Below are positions 26,696 to 39,350 of a stretch of DNA of 64,000 nucleotides, one piece after another (positions within the stretch are counted from its first letter, which is position 1; each line of letters begins with the position of its first letter). The stretch covers positions 44,146,001 to 44,210,000 of the forward strand of contig NC_087437.1 of the NCBI RefSeq assembly GCF_036321535.1, read 5' to 3'. Position numbers and translations under genes: made by a program. Source of the DNA: Camelus dromedarius (lineage: Eukaryota). The notes under the pieces were generated by a model. The model was given only the letters and a program-made list of their open reading frames with translations. It did not search any database and was not told where the DNA came from.

Positions 26696-27684
26696 TCACT
26701 GTCACAATATACTAAATTTTTAACTAAATCCTACATTTTGGAAGTTTATTGCATAATGATCTAAAGCAGTCCTTGAGATAGAATAGTACATTTCAATGTA
26801 CATAATACCTTACATTTTAATAGAATATCATATTATCACATTTTATTCTCATCATTAGAATATTAAATTTTAAAAAATCTATTTTCCCCGGTTATAGAGT
26901 TAGTAAATGGTATATCTGGGACTCAAGTTCTAATTTCAGCCCTTCCCAGATACCTAGTTGTCACTTTTTAACCCAAATTTACTATTTAGTAATCATTTAA
27001 AATATAATTTTGCAAAAATAAAATCCAAAATAATTTTGGATGTGGAGTGTTATACACATAAAGACGTTGGATACTTGAATGTTTTTATTTGGAATCAGTG
27101 TATCCAACTGTTTTATAAAAGTCAAGCCAATTTGATAATTCCATCTACTTAAATCTGTGATTGCACGCTTGATACATGGACAGGGGTTGAAAGTGTCAGC
27201 TGTGAAAATGTAAATTATTGAAGTCTATTTTAGAGAGAATTGATGGAGTTCAGACTTACTGATCATGTGGCAAGTAATTAATCTAACATGTACAGAGAGT
27301 GTAATTTCAGGTAATATGGGGAATTTTTCAACCATTCTTAAAATATTTGAGTGATGAATTGTCTGAGATACAGCACCTGATGGAGCTTCTGTTTCTATGG
27401 TGCCCTACCAGCAATGAGAGAATGCACATAGGAGGCCTAATATTCAACCTCCAACCGAAAGACACAGAGATCACACGTGGGATGTGAGATACAATTTATT
27501 AATGACTGGGTTCCTAGTAATCTTTCCTCAAATGTAGACATGAACTGTCTTCAGTCAAACTATCTTGGATAATATAGCTTTGGTCTGAAACCAAATGGCA
27601 GCACCTGTTCCAAGTTCAATTTTGGGCCTTGAGATCTTTAGAAGAAGATAATTTGAGTCTATCAAGTAGAGCCTAAATGGTTAC

Positions 27685-27860
27685 CTGGCCAACTGCAAAG
27701 TCCGAGGTCTGCCTGGCACACACAGGTCCAGGCAGGTCAGAAAGGCAGTATGCTGGAGGAGGTGGGTGGTAAGTGGAGTGATCTGGTATACTTTCACTTG
27801 TAACAACGATTGTGGGAATGGGCCACTGATCAGGAGCAACTGTATAAGTGCAGGGCAAAT
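27685..27860 (-). other. Candidate 176-nt internal exon
   Basis: Minus strand: tgttctcttag|ATTTGCCC...TTGGCCAG|gtaacc. Two frames are open; one reads (D)LPCTYTVAPDQWPIPTIVVTSESIPDHSTYHPPPPAYCLSDLPGPVCARQTSDFAVGQ. Confidence 0.3.
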
Positions 27861-28084
27861 CTAAGAGAACATTTTAGCACACATAAGCATGGACTTGACA
27901 CTGCAATCCATCTATAACCCCAGGATTAGCTCCTTTGCAGAAGAACAAGAGACTAGAAAATGTTCACTCAAATGATCCTCTTTTATGGAACAGGAGTGTG
28001 TATCTGAGAAGATGGTGGTGCAGGTTGTCTCTAAGACAGTGCCTCTATGACTCTCTTGGAGGTTTAGTTTAAATGTGGTTCTGG

Positions 28085-28168
28085 TTCATCAGGGCTCATG
28101 GCGGGCCTGAGATCCTGCCTGGGTGATGCTGATGCTTTTGGTCTTGGACCACTCTTTGTACAGCACAG
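28085..28168. mobile_element. MER5-type hAT-Charlie fragment
   Basis: gggcctgagatc...ggtgatgctgatgct...ggaccactctttg. Confidence 0.6.
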
Positions 28169-28689
28169 CTCTAAGAGAAATGTTCAAACCTCTTTTGGTC
28201 CCTCTTTCAAATATCTTTTGGAGAAGGAAGCTATTAGGTACCAAAAGAGATGCATAGAATAATCTTATATCTGTGTATGCCTTTTGAACCATATACTTTA
28301 ACTCATCCGTTCTTATCTTGTTACGTTGTAGAGCAGGTTAGAGATAATTTAACTGTAAAATACCTAGAACAGTGCCTGGCCCATTGACGTGCCCCCCACC
28401 CAATAGTAGCCACCAATGTGATGATTACATAAAAGAAAATGGGAGTTCAGCTAAAGTAAGTTGTGACTGATCATTTGAATTCAGACTCAAAAAATAGTAA
28501 AAGGAGAATCTCATGACACAGGATATACATAAGACAGTAGCAAGACTTATGGAAATCAAAAAAAGTAAACATAATCTTAAGCTATATTAATACATGTTAA
28601 GTACCTATATTATGAAAGATGCCAGAGAGACATGTCTGGAATTTCCAAGGAGATATCATAAACTCAAAAGATACTTATCTATTGATTAG

Positions 28690-29170
28690 TAAGTTGGACT
28701 TGGAAATACTGTGGTCAATTCCAAGTTTATTATTCTTATTCTGGTATGTTGACAGATGGAACATGCCCAGAGAGTGTCGGCATTAGTGACAATTTATCTG
28801 AAAGGCATTTCATGTGAGAAATGTTTGGAAAAAAAATTAGTGGATATTACCCCAGAAATAAAAAAGTTAGAGAGCAGGTGGGTGGAATAGAACACAGAAC
28901 CCTGACAAATGGATAAAGAAATAGTCTTACCTTTGTCTTACTCTTGGTGGCAAAACAGAATGACAGAAATGAGAAGTTGGCAAATTTATTCTTAAAATGA
29001 AAAACTATTTCTCACTACTCATGTTTCCCGCAAAGAAATCAACTTACTCATCAGGTAAATCCTTGTTGTAGAATGAATAACAAAACTTTGTGACCCCTCT
29101 ACAGGGACGTTTTAGACCAGGCTTCTGCTAAAACTGAGGGGTTGGGCCAGGCCCTTCAACTCTAAATTCT
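28690..29170 (+). mobile_element. CR1/L3 LINE fragment
   Basis: ctgtggtcaattc...gacagatggaacatgcccagagag...catgtgagaaatgtttgga and a tail-like gcccttcaactctaaattct. Confidence 0.55.
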
Positions 29171-29971
29171 AACTCATCTGGCTAGAACTGTCCCAGATGA
29201 CTACATCAGTTTTCCAGCACTTAGCTGACCTGGCTTATACAGTGCAGTCTCACAGTGGTGAATGGTCTGGGGATGGATGTTGGGTTAGGGAAGCAACAGT
29301 GTCTGCCAATCCTCTCCGTTACCAGCCTTGTCTTTACTGAGTCATTCTAAAGGTTTTGACCTAATTTTCATAGATGAAACCTCTCCTTTTTATACTCATC
29401 TTTTATTAGTATTTATAAAAATTGAGTTGCATAATTTCAGTATTAAACACAACTGGCAAATGAATGTTTTGAAAATAAATACAATTGATTTTGACAAGCA
29501 TACAACTCATTGATGAGATCGAAGTGCAGGGATATATTCCAGGATCGCTAAGACTTGGGAGAGTGCAGTGTTTCCTGGACATCAGTTAAATGCATTTTAG
29601 TAGGAAATTTTCAGGAACCCAGGAATGAGATTAAATGGTGACTGATTAAGAAAATTAAAATGATCAGTGCTTAAGTAGCTTTTCATCATCATCAATATCA
29701 CTTATAATTATATTTTTAATATATAATTTTTTGTAACTGACCTGATCTTTTTGGATCTATGGGGAGTATCATGTATAAAAGTTTCTTAAGTGTACATTTA
29801 AAAATTCCTAATTTAAATCTAATCTTCTAGAGTAATGCAAAATAGATAATTCCACTTATCCATGAGCTCTTCAAGGGGTCATTCTGTGTCTTATTCAAAT
29901 TATATCTCCAATAGCCAGCATATATCTAAAAAAAATGGAAAGTTCTCACTAAATGTTGCATTGAATACTAG

Positions 29972-30000
29972 TGATGATGATGATGATGATGATGATGATG
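29972..30000. repeat. (GAT)n/(TGA)n microsatellite
   Basis: About 9 perfect units. Confidence 0.95.
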
Positions 30001-31032
30001 TTAGAACACTATATTGGGTGATATGGTACAAATTTATTAAGAATCTGGAAGAGTTTGTTCTCATCAATTTCATGTTTGTAAGTTCTCTATACCTTTGGGT
30101 GAAGCAGTTATCACTCTGATTTGTCAGATGGAAAAATTACCTTAGTGGTTTAGTATTCTAGGATTTGGTGTTGTTTATCAGGCCAGAGTAAATGCCAAAA
30201 TCCACCCACTTCCTGTATAATCCAGATTTCCTACACATTACTCAAATCCTAGATTGTTTTAATTACAAGAAGATCTACCAATGTCAAAGACAGCAAGAGC
30301 ATTCTAATAATCTAATACATAATAGCATGTGTAATAGACTGTAAGTGGGAGAAAATGTTGCATGTGTTTTCTGTTAGAGACCAGGAAATACGTGTCATTT
30401 CCTTTTACAAATGAAAGAGCTTCTTCCTATTTCTGTTTCTGATAACAGCTGGAGCTGCTCTTTTATTTTGTTGTTCCCATACTCTTTATAGCTTGAGGCA
30501 GTAATTCACTCTATTTATATGAAATAGTTGCATCACCATTTTTGCTGCTTTATTTATATTTGTGGAGTTTGGTAAATTTTTAACAAATTATTAAGCACTT
30601 TTTTCTATTATGTAGGATAAAGGGGGTTTTAATTTTAAATTGTCTAAATTCAGGGTAGGTCATACACATTAAAACTTCTGTCCATGCTCCTTGTTCCTTA
30701 TAGGATTGCTGTACAGATATTTTTAAAGGTGTCAAAATTAGTCATTCTCTAGTAGTTTTCTTATTTTGTAATGACAGAATTTATAATTAATCTAGTGGTA
30801 GAGTTATATATATAATAAATATCAATAATAATTATCAATATCCAAATTGACTATAGTGTCTTTAATTCTAGTTCTTCCAGAAAGCTATGTTATTTTTCAA
30901 ATCATAAAGCTTTATATAGCTGGTAACATCAAAACTATTCAATGGTTATCCATTTGCTGTATCATTTAACCTAGTCCTTAAATGCGAACTGTTCTGGGCA
31001 GCAGCATAGCCAATCACTTGTATGTCACTTAC

Positions 31033-31083
31033 CTGGGAATGTAATTTTACTTAAGATCATCACTTTTCTGGACATCTTCATAC
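31033..31083 (-). other. Candidate 51-nt exon with strong splice sites
   Basis: Minus strand: cttaactataaatctttttag|GTATGAAGATG...ACATTCCCAG|gtaagt, with a consensus donor. The single open frame reads MKMSRKVMILSKITFP. Confidence 0.35.
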
Positions 31084-31560
31084 CTAAAAAGATTTATAGT
31101 TAAGTAAGAATTGTGACCAGTTTGAGAATAAGTTTAAGAATTCATGTGTTTTCTACTGCCTATTCCTGAAGTTAATTGGTAGCAATATAGTGAGATGGTA
31201 ACAGGTAGTAAGGATTGTATTCATGGATAAACCTTTTCATAAGATACAAACACCATGAACATAATGACAGGTAAAACTTCACAAACATGAAACTCAAATG
31301 TGTAACTCTGCAATTTCTCTTCATTCCTTGAATTCTATCAATTAAAAAAGCAAAGCATTTTATCTCAATTTTTCTTTTCACATTCTGATTTTTGCTTGAT
31401 ACTGATTTGGAAATTTTCACTAACTTGACCAAAGAGTCTGCATGTGGGAGAATATAAGAAATTGACTGAAATGCCTGCTACAGAGCCAGAAGCATCTCTA
31501 GTGTACTATCTGCCAAAAATGTAGAAGAGGCAATTGACTGTTGGGAGAGACCATATAAAG

Positions 31561-31749
31561 AAGTGTTTCTCAAAATGTGGTTTCTGGATCGGATGCATCA
31601 GACTTATCTGGAGTACTTATTATAAAGTAAAAAACATCTATGCCTAGCCCCTAGAGATTTAATTTAGTACAACTGAGGTATACCTGGATATTTACCTTTG
31701 TATATGAATAATTTAATCTTAAGCACACTAAAGTTTTGAAAAACACTGA
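31561..31749. mobile_element. MER5A/B-type hAT-Charlie MITE
   Basis: Terminal inverted repeats agtgtttctcaaaa ... ttttgaaaaacact. Confidence 0.75.
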
Positions 31750-32072
31750 CATATTAAGTCTCTATTTTTTTCTGGATACTTTCTCATATTAAATACCTAG
31801 TAAGTAGCATTAAATTTGTTCCCATTTAAATACCCTCATTCATAGTTGAATACTATGATATGACTGTAAAAGATACTTCTGAGTATTGTACAAAGCAACT
31901 GTTAAAAGACATTATACATTACAATTCTCAGTGGTCTTTGCATACAAAAAATTCTTTTAGAACTATTGATGTGAAGAGATTTCCATAAAGGAAGAAAAAA
32001 TTTTATTCTATCATATAATAAGAACTGTGCAAATTGTGTCTTTAGATCCCTTTTGCTTCGACTGCACAGAGC

Positions 32073-32653
32073 TGTGTTAGGCAGCTTCTAAGATGGTCTC
32101 ATTATCCCTGTCACTTGGTGTTCATGCCCTTTTGTCATACCCTTCCCTTCAAGTGTGCCTGGACTGACTGACTTCCTTCCGTCTGACAGAACACAGCATG
32201 AGTGATGGAATGCCACTTCTGACATCAGATTATGAAAAGACTGTGGATTTCACCTTGGGTGTTCTCTCTCAATTGCTCTGAAGAAAGTCAACAGCCATGT
32301 TGTAATCTGCCCTGTTGAGAGGCCACATGGCAAGGAATTCAGGGAAGTCTTTAGCTAACAGCTTAGTGAGGAACTGAGGTCCTAGTTCAACAACCCAAAA
32401 AGAGCTGGATCTTGCCAACAAGCGTGTGAGTGGACTTGGAAGCAGAACTAACCCCAATCATGCGTCAGTTAAGATCAAAGCCTCAAACAGCAAACAACCT
32501 GACTGCAACCTCATGAGGGACCTTGAGCCCGAGGCCCCCAGCTAAGCCATACTCTGATTCTTGACCCACAGAAAGTATGAGATAATATATGTTTGATGCT
32601 GTAAGATGCTAAGTTTTAGAGTAATGTGTATTGCAATAATAGAAAACAATATA
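32073..32653 (+). mobile_element. MaLR solo LTR (MLT1F/G-like)
   Basis: tgtgttaggcagcttctaagatgg...ggccacatggcaagga...ttgacccacagaaa...gctaagttttagagtaatgtgtattgcaataatagaaaacaatata. Confidence 0.85.
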
Positions 32654-33385
32654 GAAGCTAAGAGCTTTATCAATCACCTCATCCCAGATTCTAGTATCAT
32701 TTCTTTGCTTTCTAAATGTGATCTCTGACTTTTTTTATCTTAAATAACTTTGAGTTATCGTAAGTGAGTCTTTCATTTTAAACCGCTATGGGTCCTTTTT
32801 TTTAAAAATGAGGGGCATTAAGAGTAAAAACTTTTGCACAAATAAGTCATAATTCTTTGTGCCTAGCAAATACAGCCCTCATTCATACAATTTCTATCAT
32901 TTAATCTGAATCATAATTGTAAACTTATTTATTTTTTATTTGAGAATCTATCATATTTTTTTCAGTAAAATTACCTTTCCAGTGCTGAAACTAAAATCAT
33001 AGATACTAGTACTAGAATAGATTTTAAGTATTATGGATATCAGCATTTTTTATTGTATGGATGAATAATCTTAAATTTAAAAGAAAAAGGTGAAATGACT
33101 TACCCAAGATGAAATCACTGCTTGAACTGAGTTCTGATGGGTTTCTTCTGGTGCTGCTTTAATTATTTACCATAAACTTATGGGATGGGTAGAAGAAAGT
33201 GCTCAGAAGCCTTTTGGGAGATGAGAGATATCCAACCTGAGACTTGAACCTTGTCATGTATAGCTTCCAAAATGGACAGCCCATTTGTACTAATAATTCA
33301 AAACTGTTCTCAAGTTTCCCCTGGTTCTTGTATAATGTTGCTTATGAATATTTCTCACTGCTAAACATTTAATCAAGTCTCCAAT

Positions 33386-33849
33386 TGTTACTGAATGCAA
33401 GTTTGTGTGCCTGAGGCACAGTGAGACCAAACAATCTCAAATGTCAGACTTTGGAGCAGAGAAAGGTTTATTGCAGGGCCCAGAAAGGAGGATGGGTGGC
33501 TCATGCCCAAGAAAACCCCGACCTCCTTGAAAGATTTCAGCAAAGCATATTTAAAGACCGAGTAGGGGAGGGGAGTTGCAGGGTAGTGATCTTCTTGTGC
33601 ACAGTTCGTTGATTTGTTGGTGTCTAGGTAACAGGGTGGTCAAAACTATCAACCCCTAGCCAGAAGGTCTGGGCTATTATCAAATAGTTAATTTCTTACC
33701 TTTGGTGGCAGTTTTTAGCATCTGAAAAACTCAGGAAATATGCATGAGATATTATTATCTGAGTACTTCAGAGAGGAGCTACAGCAGAGGATATGGTAGG
33801 GGTCAGGGATCTGTCCCAGGAAGGCCCCACAGGGTCCTGCTCTGTTACA
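33386..33849 (-). mobile_element. ERV1-type solo LTR (lineage-specific)
   Basis: On the minus strand it begins TGTAAC and ends GTAACA, with a TATA-like ctttaaatatg (~33546-33556) and AATAAA (33467-33472) in the expected order. No clean TSD. Confidence 0.8.
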
Positions 33850-35239
33850 GTGCCTGCCTTTTCTGGATGGCATCTATAAAGGCGTTTTGCTACTGGTCTT
33901 CAAATCAAAACATTATCTGTGTTAATTAATAACATAAATAGCATTACATTTTGAATCTATTGTGTAAAAGATGCTTTAGATTTATTTTTGGATAAACAAA
34001 ACAGAAGGAAGATTGAGACAGACATTTTTCTAGTAGAAAACTCTCTGCATTAAGAGCCAGAGCCAGTTGACAAGCTGCAAGACTGAGAAAATTATTTTAT
34101 GTCACAGTGTTACCATGAATGAAATTTTAATGATATAATGTGTAAGAGAATGTTTTGAAAAGCATTAACTGCTTCCCCAGCACTAAGTGATAGATGTCTT
34201 ATTTACATCAATTATCTCGTTTCAAAAGACAAAAGTTGGGTTTGTTTGGTTCCAAAATAAATTAATTTCCTCCATCTTCTTGTTTATTTTGCAAGCGTTG
34301 ACCACCTCGCTTGCTAGTTTTATGTAAGTGCTTGGAAGGGTCTGGAATATCTCTCCAGTTGTACTCGGCGGTAGATTTATTACACAAATAAATGCCAGGG
34401 AGTCAGGGATTTGCTTTCTGAGCACCATGCACCATTGGAGGCATTACACTCATTTCTTGTTTAAATAAACTTTCCCCAAACCCCCAAGCCTAAATTAAAT
34501 CAAAGTAGTTTTAGAGCTCAAGGACAGAATAAGTCACCACGGGAAAGTGGGACAAAGGAAATCAGACATGCCAGATGGAAAGTTCAGATTGGCCAGTATC
34601 TTTAAAATGTCAGCGCTGTATAAAAAGGCTCTGTAAGCCGTCAGTCAACAATGACTCTAGACACAGGCAGGTGGCTATAGAAATTAGTCTTTTTTTTTTT
34701 CTCACTAAAGCCTTAGAAAATAATTTTCAAAGTAGGCTGAATTCTAGGATACTTATACAGGTATATCTAAGTAACTAAAGAAAAGAGAGATGGAGGAGGA
34801 ATTTCTAGTAAGCTCTTATAGTTACTAGTAAAGTAAACCCTTGTTTTCATAAATAGAATCTGGAGTTCTTAAACAAAATTTCCTGTATTTATTTTATTCT
34901 TGTGTTGAAATTTGACCTATTTGCTGAAACAGGCAAGATTGGAACCTGGCTTTCTTATGTTTTTATTTGTTCATTTGTTTGAAACGAGACTAAAGGTTGA
35001 TATGTTTCTCATTTATTTATGATAACCAGTTCATAATCCTAGGGCAGTATCCACTTGTTTCAAAATAATTATGTAAATTGAAGTCTCTGGTTTTCAAGAA
35101 AAGAGGAGTCTCAAAGAGAAATGGCTACAGCAACCTTAATAATGTAGGAAAGTTCTGCAGAAAAGTTCATAGTAAACAGATTTCCTTAGAGTGGAACCAT
35201 GCCTTTAGTTCACGCTTACTTTTTTAAAAATGTCTGTTT

Positions 35240-35358
35240 CTGATTACCAGTGAGGGAGGGTGGACGAGGAAGGGGCAGGCAATAATAAGGGCAGGGGATT
35301 GAAAGGTACAAGCTATTATGTATAAAATAAGCTACAAGGATATATGGTGCAACATAGT
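35240..35358 (+). mobile_element. Short L1 3'UTR fragment
   Basis: G-rich tract followed by ggtacaagctattatgtataaaataagctacaaggatata. Confidence 0.75.
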
Positions 35359-36199
35359 TATCATTTTCCCTACTCAACATCATTTCATAAAAATTTTGCC
35401 AGTTTTTAAAATGTGGGTCTTGTAAGTGAACTAAAGAAATGAAAAAGGCATCCCTTGACTGTGGGGTAAGGACTGAAGAATAGGCAGTAAAGATAAGGAA
35501 GTAGCCAGTGAAGGATGAAGTAATTTATTTGGTTTAAAGACAGCAGGAAATAAAATGGCACGTTTGAAGGTGAGTGTTAACATCCAGCCCTGCTGTCCAG
35601 GCAGGTTGACAGGCTTTGATACGGTGAAGAGAGCAGTGAAGAGTGTAGGAGGGGCCTCAGTTCACGACACAGTGACACTACTCAATACTTCAACAATATC
35701 AAGTCTGCTACTTAATAGTCACTTCACCTTTGACCTGTGGTTGACCCTCCCCTTGCCTTGTTTCTTCATGTTTAAATGAGACAGAGGAGCGTGGGTCCAA
35801 AATCAATACTGCACCCTTCTAAGCCAAATCGGTCTCACAACCATGGTGCAGAGCAGAGAAGGTGGGGTCTGCGAAGGTTTCTACAAAACTGGGAATGCTC
35901 CGGAATAAAAGCCCTCAGGACCTCGGTGGCATCTTGTTCGTCTGTGTTCCTGGGGTTACCGCATCCCCAGGCTCACAGAATATGCTCTGGGAATGCTTGG
36001 GCCAATAAACCACAAATAAGTTTAAAATGGAACTGGCATCTCCCTCAAAGTCATTTTTTTTTTTTTTTTTTTAGATAAGAACATGTTTTCTGAGGTGGAT
36101 TCTGAGAGCTATTAGTTTTGGTCGTCTGGCAAATGGTTTTACTTCTTTCCTGAAACTGGCAACAGAACAAATAGGCCCCCAGGTTAGATATGTGACTCA

Positions 36200-36860
36200 G
36201 GTCTTACTAATCGTATTGTCCCGTTGGCTTGGACACAGTGACTGTCCCCAAGGGAGAACAGAGCATGAGCAGGGGCCATCGGTCAGCAGTCCGTGGGGAG
36301 TTACGTGCTGGGGGAGGGAAAGGACTTGGGCTTCTGGTTAAGACAGCCTAGCGGGGACTGGACGACACTCCTGCTTGAGACAGAGATTGTACACAGCCTG
36401 TGAAGCCGCAGCATTCAAGAGTATCGGACAATGAAGAAAAGTGAGCCCGGAGAGACAGTAAGCCAAAGAGGTGGCCGGTCGGACTGCCCAGCTCGTGGCC
36501 TGCACAAAGCGTCCGGGCAGCTGTGCTGGCGGAGGGGGCGCAGGCGGAGCAGAGCCGGCTCCTGCCGCGAGGAGCCGAAGCCGGGACGTCGGGGAAGCCG
36601 CGGTCGCGAGCCTTCATAGTCTTTAAATTGTTGAGCTACTTCAGTTTGGGTTTCACTCACTTTAAGGAAAAGAGACCTGATATGCTTTCTTATATTTCGT
36701 TTTTCTGTCCGTTTCCCTTATCCCTGAGTCCCTTTTTAAAGCCAGTCCTACCTCGGGCATTGCCGAAGTCACGTGCTCGGGGCTGACACGTGCCCTTTTC
36801 TGTGCAGCCTCAAGTAGGTGAGCTGCCAGAACCGCAGCCTTTAGAGTGATTTTCGAATTA
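36200..36860. promoter_or_regulatory. Small CpG island / probable promoter
   Basis: The only dense CpG/GC cluster in the window, with GC boxes (ggcggagggggcgcaggcggag, ~36528-36549), CACGTG at 36770-36775 and 36787-36792, nearby donors on both strands and repeat-poor flanks. Confidence 0.75.
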
Positions 36861-37291
36861 AATTGTTAAAATGTGTTTTTAACTTAGTGCTTTCTGAAAA
36901 ATCTATTCTTCTGCGGACAGGCTTACAGCTATCTTCTATTAGGGCTGGAAATTGACTTTCTAGCCACTGACACTTGACAGAATGTTTATTTTCCTGTTAC
37001 AACAATTGCCAATTGTCCACCAATTTCTCTTCTCCAAGAAATAACTAAGGTCAGCTGTGATGAACTACACTCTGTAGCCTCTCTCTGATAGTTTCTTTAT
37101 ATCCATATTTGATATTGGTGATTCCTTCATTCCCCATAAAAGAAAAAAAAAAACAAAACAAAAAAACGAAGACACTCAGTGCAAAGTGCTGTTGTTGAGG
37201 GTGGGGCAGCAGGAAGATAAAGGTGTTTGCACGTAATTTTCAGCCTGACTACTAAAGCCATCACCCAGTGAGGAGGGGATATCAGCGGATG

Positions 37292-37320
37292 CTCTCTCTC
37301 TCTCTCTCTTTTTCTCTCTC
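37292..37320. repeat. (CT)n microsatellite
   Basis: Directly visible. Confidence 0.9.
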
Positions 37321-37998
37321 AATTTTTTCCCCTGAAAAAGCTCTGCAGCTTCAAGATAAAATGTAACCTCAGTTGCTAAGGTAATAACTGAGTTGGGTTT
37401 TTTTTTTTTTTTTTTTTCCTCCTTAGGAATAGCAGAACAAATTAGGTGCAGAGAACTTCTGTAAATTGTCAATACATGGATGCCCTAAGGCTGTAATAGC
37501 TAAATGGTTCATTGGACTCCTAGGTAACCAATATGCGGGCAAGTCACCTAACAGATACTTTTTGCTGTCAATCTGATTTGTTTCTTGAGCAATTTAATGC
37601 AAATGGATAAAATCATAGTCACACCTCCTTTTCTAGTTTTGACAGCCTTTCTTCCGCTGTTAATTTTATGTGACTTAATGGCTATCGATGTTCCTAAGAA
37701 TGAGGCCCAGGATAGAAAATTTTTAGATACAATAAAGTATGACAAGGTTAATTGTTGGCAATGGTCTGCTTCATAGTCAGCACAGCTTTAGAATTATATA
37801 TTGATATTTCCCTGTTGCTGCTCTTCCCTGGGGCTTCCTTGTGGATGGCATCATTAATCTCTCATCACTCTGCTGGCAGGATTATTTATAAAAATATTGG
37901 GAATTAGAGACTAATGGTTTGTACATATTAATCCAGTCATTATGTTTACTTACAAAATATCCTAATGTATTTTGCCATTAAAACGCATTGATAGTATC

Positions 37999-38172
37999 CA
38001 CGATACTTCATGGTTTCTAAGATGTGTGGTTTTCCATATTTTAATATCCCTGAAATTAGGGTGCACCTTCCAATTGATGGTATCTTACAACTGTTATTGG
38101 CCCCTTCTTCACTTTTTAGTATCTTGTAATGTGTATGAAAATCAATTATGTCATAGACTGGAGGAAATACAG
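37999..38172. mobile_element. MER104-like TcMar MITE
   Basis: tacttcatggtttctaagatg...ttttaatatccctgaaattaggg...gaaatacag(ta) resembles the MER104 consensus as remembered. Confidence 0.6.
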
Positions 38173-39084
38173 TATTATGACCTGTTGATTTGAAAGAGTT
38201 TTGATAAAACTTTCTCCATGAACTATTTTTACTCGTCCTACCAATCAGTCCATTCCCCTACAAAGATATGTTTTTCTGGATTCATCTTTAATGAAACCAG
38301 CTATCACCACAGTGTCATTGATATAAATGTTTCACCTGTAAGTGTTCTGGTGGATTATTGAGGTGTCATAGAATCATCCCTGTGCAAACAATGCTTCATA
38401 ACAAACCAGTTAACAAAATGGGTTCACTCTGAATACACTAGCGAGGAAAAGCTATGTTTATTAGTGTTTCAATGCTTTTGCTTCAGATCTGTGCATCTGA
38501 TTAATGAGTAAGGCACATTCATAGGATACCTGCCTTCAGATAGGAGCTCTGGTTTGTGGTGGGCTTTCGAAGGAGTTGCCTCCAAATCAAGTCACTAGCT
38601 ATGTCACCTGACAAGTCCCTTAACTTCTCTCAGACTTGGATTCCCATCTGGAAAGAGGGATAATGTTCAAAGATAAAACCAAAGGAAATAATATACTGTG
38701 CCATAACTGGTACTGAATAAATGCCTTTTCTTTTTTTATCTTTCTTTTCTCTGTACCTGCCAATTGAGTTAATTTTTCTTTTGTACCAAATTAATGATAA
38801 ATTCAAAATTTTAAGTGTCACATTTTTGAAATCATTATTACTATTCTTAATATCTTCTAGTATGATTAAAAAAAAAGATATAATGAGGAAATGTTAGTCT
38901 TGTCTAAGGTGGGAGGTTTGAAGGACTAAAGCAGTTACCTCATGAAGCCCAAATGAGGAAAGTAAAATTCTAGAATTAGTCATCAAAAACTTTTATAATT
39001 TCTATAAGCAAAAGATTATATATTTCATATGCAGCATCTACTTTTTCTGGTTTTATATGTTATTGCATTAAAAATCATAGTAGA

Positions 39085-39350
39085 GAATAGATATTAAGTG
39101 TCATATGGAGTACAGTGGGTATGGACTTGGTAAGTAGATAGATCTGACCTGGTTTATCAGTTTGATCTCTCTAGCTGTGAGACTTTCAGTAAGTTATTTA
39201 ACTATTTTGAGCCCCACTTTCCTATAGGTAAAATTAGACTAATGATATTGGGAGAATATCTCTCTCGTTGGGAGAATGAAAGGTGATAATGTATGTAAAG
39301 TGTCAAACATAATCCATGATTTAGAATAGGCAGTAAACAAATGTGTTTGT
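39085..39350 (+). mobile_element. MIR SINE
   Basis: ctagctgtgagactttcagtaagttatttaact...aatgtatgtaaagtg. Confidence 0.75.

Noticed and set aside
36348..36786. Four overlapping ORFs in the CpG island
   Set aside because: Stop-poor GC-rich sequence; the low-complexity Arg/Pro/Gly products resemble no protein I know.
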